This document shows, in pieces, positions 13,325 through 22,890 of a stretch of 64,000 nt of DNA. Location of the stretch: NCBI GenBank assembly GCA_028534125.1, contig CM052817.1, forward strand, positions 38,318,001-38,382,000, read 5' to 3'. Origin of the DNA: Lama glama. Its lineage: Eukaryota. The first letter of the stretch is position 1. Each line of letters begins with the position of its first letter. The notes below the pieces were generated by a model, which had not been told where the DNA came from, did no database searches, and saw only the letters and a program-made list of their open reading frames with translations. The translations under genes were made by a program, and so were the position numbers.

Positions 13325-13560
13325 GGTAAAGTACGGCAAAATATCTCGAAGTAAGGTATTTCAGTCTTGAATTCCAGATCTACCACTTAGTGCTATGTGA
13401 CTTTGGTAAGATACTAAGCCTCTTCAGGTTTCAGTTTTCCCGTCTATACAAGAGAGAGAATGATGGTGCATACTCACGAGGGAGCCGGAGGATTGGAGGA
13501 AATAACCTATGATGAGAGCGTGGCACAACTAGCACATAGTAAGCCTTCAATAATTGTCCT
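13325..13560 (+). mobile_element. MIR SINE (right member of a head-to-head pair)
   Basis: ttgaattccagatctaccacttagtgctatgtgactttggtaag...tcagttttcccgtctata...gcacatagtaagccttcaataa. Confidence 0.7.
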
Positions 13561-14484
13561 CTACTGCTAGACACAGGCTGATTCTTAACTGCCACATCAG
13601 GCACTGCCTCCCTTCCCTGGGCTTCTAGTGTCCTGTGCTGAGTCTGGATTTGAGTTTTCTCCTGATTCCTTCCTTCTGACACTTGTTATGCTGCGACCTT
13701 GCTTCTCCCTCTTCACCCATCCATCCTCCTCCGGCAGCTCCATCTGTTGTGCAGGAGTTCTCACAGCTCCTCATCCAGATTATTCCTTGTAACCTCCACC
13801 TGTTTCTTGGCACTGAGGACGAAGCCCCCCAGCAGAACCTGCCAACTTGAGCCTAACCCCGTGGACACAGAAAAGTTACTCCACGATGACAGTGTGAGCT
13901 GTTATGAAAATATGAAGTCTTTAACCAGCAAATCAAACGTGGGAAAGTTAGTGCTTCTGTGCACCCACAGATGCCTCTGTATAAAATCACTGACGTTGCA
14001 CTCGATCATCTCACAATAACAATTAAGCCATTATGGGATACAGAAATTAAAATGGAACTCTGAAAGTGGTACTTATGTGGCTGAATCCTAGGTTTACACA
14101 ATTAATTAGGTGCAACGAGGTAACACCAGGCTCCTTTGACTCCCCCACCTCATCTTTTCTAGCTAGAAGTTTCTCCACGGAAGATACTTTAAAACCAGAT
14201 ATTCCCAGCACAATAAAACAATCAAAGATGACATCTCAAGGAGTTCGGATAATTTTTTTTTCTCTAGGTAGCTTCACAAACAGGAGTGAGATGCGCTCCA
14301 ACAATTCCTGTGATAAATGCTCCTTTCTTGAGAAAGACTGGCTTTGAAATTACTTTCCCTTTTGCCCATTTCATTTCTGTGTGCCCAGTGAGTACTGCCA
14401 CCACTAATTCAACTTTCCTCCCCTTCTCAGTTGCTACCCTCAAAGAAGTAATCATTCCCTGCTATATTTCAGACTTTTGTCCTC

Positions 14485-15433
14485 TTTTTTTAAATTGAAG
14501 TACAGTTGATTTACAAATTAGTTTCAGGTGCACAACATAGTGACTCAATATTTTTATAGATTATACTCCTTTAAATTTATTATAAAATATTGGCTATATT
14601 CACTGTGCTGTACATTACATCCTTGCATCTTTTTAAAATTAATTAATTTTTATTTTTAAATTTTTTATGATGTTTGGTGTTCAAGTAGAAAATGAATAAT
14701 ACATACAGATTAATAGGAGGCTTATTCGATGAAAATTTCAATTGAAATTCCTAGTATGGAATACTTACAAATAAAGACTACTACAAATAGCATGACTGTA
14801 TTTTCTGGTAAAAATAATAACAAGACAACCTAATACGCTTAAAAAGTATTTTCTGATAAAATGATGATTAGTTATCAGATAGCTAGCCCATAGTTAACAA
14901 ATTAGATGTTAGGAAAAAACATTTGCTTCTTTGTCTTAAATTTCAAACAAATTATTTTTAAATGTATTTTGTGTACATCCTTGCATCTTATTTATTAGTA
15001 GTTTGTATGTACCTCTTACTCCTCTTTCCCTGTCTTCCCACTCTCCCTCCCCTCTCCTCACTGGTGACCACTAGTTTATTCTCTATCTGTGAGTCTGTTT
15101 CTGTTGTGTAATATTCATTCATTTTATTTTTTTAGATTCCACATACAAGTGAAAACATACAGTATTTGCCTTTCTTTATCTGATTTACTTCAATAAGCAT
15201 AATACCCTCCAGGTCCATCCTTGTTGTTGCAAAGGGTAAAATTCCATTCTTTTTTTAATAGCTGAGTACTATTTCACTGTAAATATATGCCAAAACTTCT
15301 TTATCCATTCATCTGTTGATGGTCACTTAGGTTACTTTCATATCTTGGCTTTTGTAATAATGCTGCTATGAACATTGGGGTGCATGTATCTTTTCAAATT
15401 AGTATTTGTGTTTTCTTCAGATATATATCCAGG
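14485..15433 (-). mobile_element. Cetartiodactyl-type L1, non-inverted 3' portion (interrupted by insertion at 14632-14973)
   Basis: polyT then aattgaagtacagttgatttaca...tttcaggtg; tctatctgtgagtctgtttctgt; tccattcatctgttgatggtcacttagg; gctgctatgaacattggggtgcatgtatcttttc. Confidence 0.9.
14632..14973 (-). other. 342-bp retroposed insertion of unrecognised AT-rich sequence with A-rich tail and 16-bp TSD
   Basis: Exact direct repeat tacatccttgcatctt at 14616-14631 and 14974-14989; T-rich tail at 14632-14667; host L1 resumes after the second copy. Confidence 0.7.
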
Positions 15434-15744
15434 TACATAAAGAGCTCATACAACTCAATATTTAAAAAAAATTTTTCTAAATGGGCAGAAGACTTGAATA
15501 GACATTTTTCCAAAGACACACAGATGACCAACAGGCACATGGAAAGTTGCTCAACATCCCTAATCATCAGGGAAATGCAAATCAAAACCACAATGAGGTA
15601 TCACCTCACACTTGTCAGAACGGCTACTATCAAAAAAACAGCAATTATAAGTGTTTACGAGAATATGGAGAAGAGGGGACCCTCCTACACCGCTGGTGGG
15701 AATGTAAACTGGCACAGTCTCTACGGAAAACAGTATGGAGGTTC
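15434..15744 (+). mobile_element. L1 ORF2 C-terminal fragment, inverted 5' segment of the same L1 (twin priming)
   Basis: Translates [12 protein letters not shown]...[21 protein letters not shown], a diagnostic L1 ORF2p C-terminal sequence; opposite orientation to, and abutting, the 3' portion. Confidence 0.87.
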
Positions 15745-16043
15745 TGGGGGGGCGGGGAATAGATATATATACACATACACATAACTTGGCTTTTTCAAGT
15801 TTGATCTCTCACCTGAAACTTAGACCTGCCCCCTTCTCTCTCCACCTCCACCTGTTGCTCACACTGTTCCTGGGCATACTCAGTGGTGGATATAAAATCA
15901 GTTACTGCACAGCAGTGCACTGTTCATGAAAATAGAAGGGCTGCATCTTTACAGTCATCTTTTTACTATAATTTGATGCGTACACCATTAAAAGTACTGA
16001 CAAATGAGAATTTTTGCCTTAAAAAAAGAAGTTCATCCCTTAC

Positions 16044-16083
16044 CTGGGTTTACTGGTATCATTCCACAAATAAACTACTTGCC
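16044..16083 (-). other. Candidate 40-nt cassette exon
   Basis: Acceptor tttttttcctctag|G and donor CAG|GTAAGG, both on the strand of the inferred host gene. Confidence 0.35.
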
Positions 16084-16469
16084 CTAGAGGAAAAAAATGT
16101 CCCCATGTCTGGGAATTAAGCAATGGAGATAGATCAGTGGAGCTGCAAGGACCATACCTTTCTTGTTCCCCTCTCACCAGAAAATAAAGTCTAGTCAAGC
16201 CGATGACTATCAGTTGATTAAGTTACCGGCCTGTGAGAGATGGAGTTTCTTTTCTCAAAGAGAACCTGGATAGTGGTAAGCCATCCCAGCGGCCCCAACT
16301 CATCAGCATAAGAATGTGTCATCTAAAAGACCTGCAGGAGAACTCTGAGGCCAGTTTCTGGAGATCATGTTGAGACCAGGGTCTGTGTTACATGTCAAAC
16401 ACACTGAAACACAGATTATCATTCTAAAATTAATAGCTGAAGAGAAAAGCACTGAGTAGGTGACATATT

Positions 16470-16740
16470 AGAAATAGCGGGGTATTTGGATTCAGACAGA
16501 TCTGGTTTTGATTCTCAACTCTATACCCCTTACTTACTGTAAAAGCTTGAGTAAGTTTTATCCCTTTGAGTCTAAACATCCTCATACAATGGGAATAGTA
16601 ATGTCTGACTACTTATTTAGTATGTATAGTTTACCCACAAAATTACTGATTATTTCTAACTATTTCTCAAATTAGAAGTAATGTATGTTAAAAATCTCAT
16701 GGAGTGCTTGGTACTTAGTAGGTACTTAACTTATTAGCAT
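16470..16740 (+). mobile_element. MIR SINE
   Basis: ttggattcagacagatctggttttgattc...cttgagtaagtt...aatgggaatagtaat...gtgcttggtacttagtaggtactt. Confidence 0.6.
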
Positions 16741-18749
16741 GAGAATTCAGGACAAAATGAGAGGTTTCCCCTGTTTGAGAAATTTGAAAAATTATTTTGT
16801 TTTCTGAAGATTCAATTTGACGGACAGAATACAGCCCTAATAACAGCTCCATAAAGCCTCGATTTATTGATAGATTTCATTTGTACAAAAAAAGGAAGTT
16901 TTCTGTTTCTCAGAGATATCTTTGAGGGAACTCTTCTATACATTTATGGTATATATATATTGAAAAGAACTCACATGTTTGGCTTAAGTATCTACTTTCA
17001 AAATTACTCAGACATGATTTTCTTTCCAAGGTTTTCAAGAAATGTAACATTTGGGACAAGGCCATTTTATTTATCATGGAGTATAAAATCAGTACCGAGC
17101 ATGTTTCAAGGAATCACAAAAAATAATCTGGAAAAATTATTGGCTCTGAAATACTAAACTGAAGCTACAAAATAGAATTTTATAAATATTTAACTACACG
17201 TCTTTTAAAAAGTTGAAGAAATGAAGGTAATTCAGTGTATCTCCATAATGGATTTTAGTTTATTTTTAAGTTAGTTAAAAGGTATGGGTACGTTAAGCGC
17301 ATTAAAGTAAGGCTAAAAGGATGAAAACCATGTCACCAGAAAACCTCGACTAGGGTACAATTGTGCATTAAATTTAGTTCTGAGTTTCTTGGGTGGAAAG
17401 CTAAAATGAGAAATACGATAAAGTGAAAGAGGCTAATCCTAGCCTCTTCTTCTCAGGAAAGAAGCAATACTAGTTCATCAAAGAGACACATTTTTAAAAG
17501 CAGTAAAAGCAAAGATGAATTCATGGAGATCTTAAAATAAGGAATATTGAAATATATAACAAAAAGTACCAAGATATTTTCCATGGAACCTGTCTCTTTT
17601 ATATGGACTCTCAGTAAAAATAAATAAATAAATAAATAAAATTAAAAGTATCATATTAAAGCATAATGAATGAAGACAACGTAACAAAAAAAGAAGTTGT
17701 AATGTGATTAGGATAGGTAAATTTCCAGTCATATAATTCGATAAAAATAGAGAGCATGGAAGATTTAGAAAACTGAGTAGACTACTATTTTTAAATATCA
17801 ATGGTTGCTCTTCCAGTCTTCACAGAGATGCTATATAAGGATCAGTTTGAGAAATCTGAACTATATATGGTCCCTGGATAGTGCCTGAAACACAAGTATT
17901 ATGCATTCTTTATTGAAAAATTATCCACATGCTAAACAGCAGGTATGCAAGTGACAAAAATATCACCACTCTGAAAATGAAATAAGCCCATTTGTATTTT
18001 GGCTCAAAGGGAATGTAACCTCCACCTCTCTTCTATATGTTAGGCAGCAGAAATAACTGTAGACAAAGATAATTTTTTTTTCACGAAGGAACTTTGAGCT
18101 TAAATGGTCAAATGAGATGAAAATAAAACCAATATAATAGAGAACAAGTAAAATGAAAGAAGGTGCCCTTCTCAGTTTCCTCCGCTCCATCCACTTCCAT
18201 GTTCTCCTTTAATTAAATCTCATTTCCCTCAAGCACTAGCACTCAAGATAATTATTAAATAGCCATAATTGGTATTTCTATTTGGTATTTTATTAATTAA
18301 GATTATTGCCCATTTCACAGGCAACAGAATCTCCAATTTAACTCCATCATTAGTCCTCACAGCTAAATCCAGGACCTCCCACTGGGATTTAGCAGGTTAC
18401 AGATTTCATAGTATAATATTTAAAATAACTGTGGAAGATGTATATCTATTCTAACTGCTTCTATTATCTTTAAACTCAAGTGTATTTTGCACTTTCAAAA
18501 ATAAAAAACAGTTCCACAGTAGTTTTTTGTTTTTTGTGGGGGTTTTTTTGTTTTTTTTTTTTTTTAGAATAGAAAAAGCACAATATTTTATCTATTATAG
18601 GAGTTAAATAGGCTTGCGTGGGCCAGTCTGGAAAGTGAATTTTGTTTGGTAGCATTGACTTCTGGAAAATGAACTCTGAGTCCAAATGGAAATTTTTCAA
18701 GTGGACTTTGGGGAAATAACTATCTGCATAAACTGGAGTCTACCACTGT

Positions 18750-19330
18750 TTTACTCATTCATGACTTTGCTTGCTCATTTACTACGGAAACATAAACAGG
18801 TGTCTACTATGTTTTAGACACTCTGCTAGGCACTAGGATACAGGTAGTTCCCCTACCACCAATACAGCCATTAAAGAACTCATTGTAGTTGACTGTGGGG
18901 AGCACATAACAATTATTAAAATAATTATTCACAGTATATTTAAAACAACCTGGAAGCAGACAAGATGAAATAGTTAATTCTTCCTGCACGGAACTGGGTA
19001 AGTCTTCCAGAGGGAGTTCCATTTGAAACGGACCACCAATAATCAAGAAGAGCTTTCCAGGCAGAGGGCATTCCAGAAGAATGAAATCCAGGAGCAAGAA
19101 ATCAGAAGTATGAAGAGTGAGAGGCCCTTGTGTAGGAAGACAAAGCTAGAAAGGAAGGGCTTTGAAGAGCTTTTAGTCGCTGTACTAAAGCATTTAGAGT
19201 TAATGTTATGGATCTTTGGAATCCATCAAAGGTTTTAGATCAAGGGACTTATAAAATTAGATCGACACTTTATAAAGATTAATTGTGGCAGTGCCACAGT
19301 AGAGTGGGGACGCTGCTTATGCGCAGAGTA
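18750..19330 (-). mobile_element. L2 LINE 3' end
   Basis: ctcattcat...ctactatgttttagacactctgctaggcactaggataca...; tcaagggacttataaaattagat...tttataaagattaattgtggc. Confidence 0.65.
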
Positions 19331-21984
19331 ACCTCTGAAAACCAGTCTTAGTCTCTTCATCACAATAATCCCTCTGCCTTCAAATGTGCTTCTACTTAGC
19401 TGCTGAGACCATCCTAATCTTGTAAAGTGTGAGTTCATGTAGCAAAGACAGATGGGTTACCATGGCAAGACTCAATATGAAGCTCCAACTCTTAACACGA
19501 AGAGTATTCACTTCATGACTAAGTTGCCTATTTACAACTTTCATTTGAAATACCTTTCTCCATGTGGGAGACATCTTTATCCTTTAGTTACAAATTTAAT
19601 TGTAAACAAGCATCTTTTTTTATTTTAAATCTCTTCTGCTGTTTTTCCTTGGGAAAATGGAATCAGGGCTGAATGGATACCTCAGCTTCTTGTTATCATC
19701 AAGCTTCTCTACACCCTTGTGTGACCAATTAGGTGGCTATTACTCGGCTCCAAGCTGAGGCTCCATCCACCTTCCCCCTCTTATTTTTTCAAGGCACTCA
19801 ATTAGCTTTACCAAAAATTGAAACATAGCAGGAAGAAGGAATCAGCATTACATAAGCTCAGCTCGTAGGAAAAGAACTCTCCAACACTGGCCAGAAAAGA
19901 CCACGAGAGAATAACTACAGGTAACTAAGATGGTCCTACAGCCCTGCAAACACTTAGAACAGGAACCAAATGCATGGCCTGGACTTTGCAGCAGCACCAC
20001 CTACTTTCAGTCCTGGGAAACCAACCCAGACACTAATGGGGCTAGAAAGAAAACATGCTTCAATGGGCCAGTAGGTCACAGCAAAACTATTCAGGGCACT
20101 GTTGGTAAACAACAGCTAGGCTTTAGCCAAGACAGCAAAATAAACATACTCAAACCACTCATTACCACCTGCTGCACATTCCTCACCCTTCCTGCCCCAC
20201 CCCGCCCCCACTTCCCTTAACCCCTACCCTTCACCCTGGAGAGTCCAAGATCACCCAGTAAATAAAACCATGACGATGGAAACGTTCGGAGCTTTGGCCA
20301 CTACTACCCAAAGCAAAACCTGAAAGGGTTTCATTGGGAATTTTAGCCTAGGACACTTTTCACTTCTACACTTAAATCTGCACTCTTGTCAGAAAGGGTG
20401 CATTGCTATTCATTCTACAGTGATTTTTCTCTTGAGAATTTAATTCTTCCCCCACTTACTGCCGGGTTTGTATTTTCAAAGTGGTTTAAATTCACTGTAT
20501 ATATAGCCCACAAGAACACAGCTGAGAAACCATTCTCCTCTCAAACCCAAACCCCTGAGATTAATAATACCAAATAACACAGTTGAAAGTCAAGGACTGA
20601 CTGGGTTTCAACAGCCTTTCACACGTAAAAAAGATTACAGATTCTCCCCACTTTTATCATTCTAGTTGTGTATTCCCTACACATACCTCAAACTAACCTC
20701 CAGATCTGAAAAAGTTCACAGTTTTTCCCTTATTCTCACTTAAAGTTTTTTCCACCAAGAACATACCTCCTCTGAGTGGTAGGGAGATTTTATTTATTTT
20801 AAGGTTTTGTCAATATATTGATCCTCCAAGATGTCTAAGGTAAATTCTCTGACAACTCAGTCATAGTCCGAAAGAGAACAGATTTCATGACTTGCCACCT
20901 GAAGGTCAGGCACTCAGGAAAGACAAAAAAAGGAATTGTATTAGTGGGCTCTCCTAGAGGTTGAAACATCTCCAGAGAAGAGGAAGTATTAAGAAATTTA
21001 AAAAAGAGAGTGAGATCTTAACAAGTCTGATGTGGGCTTTATATTTGTTTTCTGGCTTTTCTTAACATATTAATTCTGTGTATTTTATGTTTTATGATGC
21101 CCAGCTTAATACGAACATCCATTCTTGCCCTTAAGGGTTGGTTTTGAGTTCTAATTAGAATCAGGGGACAGATTGTTTGTATTTAATCTGCCTGTCCGTC
21201 TTCTCAGTAATTGAGTAAAGCTCTTAACTCTACTGTAAATATCCCTGGGTTTCAATTAATTTGTCCTACTTAGTAGACACAGCAAAACACATATTGTTTT
21301 ACTTATGGATAAGCAGATCCTTTACAACTTTTATATTTCAAATACCCAATTTTGATTTTGATTTATTTCCTCATTTCAGAAAGAGATGAAATAATGATGT
21401 CTTGCTATGTTTAAAAAAAAAGTAACAAACTATGATGGAAGCAGAAATAGCTTGGAAATGATATTTTAAATGAATTAGTATAGGCATAGACTACAAGGGA
21501 ATCTGGGCTCCCTATTACTGGCTAGTATTGAAAACCTAACATCTCTAAGGAACTCAGAGTAATAGTATCTCCCCTTCTATTTGGGGACTTAATAAAAGGT
21601 ATGCAATCTGAAGTACTTTTTTTTAAGATACCATATTACATATTTATCCTCAAGAGAGTTTGGATACTTCCTCAAAAAGTTACTTCTTAAAAAATCTAAA
21701 CAAATCTTTTGGGTGGCTTAAAATTCACCAAAGATTCCCTAACGCTTTGCAATGAAAATGTTTATTATTAAAACATACCTTTGTATGCCTGTTATCTAGG
21801 AAACTCACAATATTAGACACTAGCGGAAACAAGCAGAGGGGAAGGGGAGGATGGATAGTAAGGGAATTGAACTGCACAGAGTTTTCATTAAAGTCATCTA
21901 TTTTTAAGCTCAGAAACACATACTGCCAGCTTGCGCCGTTTTTATCCATTTAAAAATAATAAAGGAGCATTGTTTCCCATCATC

Positions 21985-22890
21985 TGCACACGCGTGTACG
22001 CGCGCGCGCGCACACACACCGCACCAGCGCGAGATTCCAGCGATCCCTGCTCGCCCCCCGCAGCCCCCGCCCTTGGTGCAGGCTGCTGTGCCCGCAACCC
22101 CTGCGCGCAGCCGAGGCCACCTCCCAGCCCTCCGGTGGTGGGCCCTGGGCGCACACCCCCGCAGCGGTGTCACCTACCTTGCTCGGAGCGCAAGAGAGAC
22201 TGGGGGCGGCGGCTGCTCCGAAGAAAAAGGCCCAGACAAGACGAAAGAAAAGGAAAAGAAAAAAAGAGGGGAGGGAGGTCTCCTTACTTCCCACAACAAG
22301 GGGAAGTGTTGCACCTCAAGCACTTGGTTGCTCCGCAGCTGTGGTTTTGGAGGAAATCCGAGGCGGCCCAACGAGTTGCGGCTGGGGTGGAAAGTTGTGG
22401 GTGTTTCCCCACCGCCGCTCGCGCCTCGATCCTCTCCAGTCCCCACTGCAGCCTTGACAGCCCCCCTGGTCTTGGCAACCCTGCGGATCCCCGCCGGTTT
22501 CCACCCGAAGCTGGGCTGAGTTGCCACATGCACTTGAGAAATCCTAGCAGTTGCGCAAAGAAGAGTCCCAGAAGTTAGAAAGAGTGATTGTGTGCGAATA
22601 TACAGTACAAGAGGCTGGAACAACTGAGCGGGGCCAACCCTCAGACGCAGCCCTGGGTTTCAGATTTCATTTGGCAACTGGCAGCTTCAGAAGATTCGAG
22701 CCGCACTGCTGGGGAGGCCGGGAGGAGCCCTGTTCTCGCCCAGTGACCACTGCTAGGGTTGTCTTAAAGCCTGAGTGACACTGCCGGGCGCCCGGCTCCC
22801 CTCCCGCCAGACAGAGCCCGCGGTGCCTCGGTCCCTCCGCAGCTGGCATCACTCGTTTTATTTCGTGTGTATCGTAGACACGCGTTCGTC
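21985..22890. promoter_or_regulatory. CpG island / main promoter of an unidentified gene (probably transcribed on minus strand)
   Basis: Abrupt GC- and CpG-dense ~900 bp in an AT-rich, CpG-depleted background; GC boxes (ccccgccc ~22065, cccgcccc ~22938); palindromic C/EBP site TTGCGCAA at 22551-22558. Confidence 0.85.
22288..22500 (-). other. Probable non-coding first exon (TSS approximate)
   Basis: Donor GAA|GTAAGG at 22288/22287 inside the CpG island, followed on the minus strand by a pyrimidine tract and GC-rich intron start; no ATG between ~22500 and the donor; gene not recognised. Confidence 0.55.

Noticed and set aside
15368..15784. 138-aa ORF with protein-like sequence
   Set aside because: Chimera of antisense L1 and an L1 ORF2 C-terminal fragment across the inversion junction; not a host gene.
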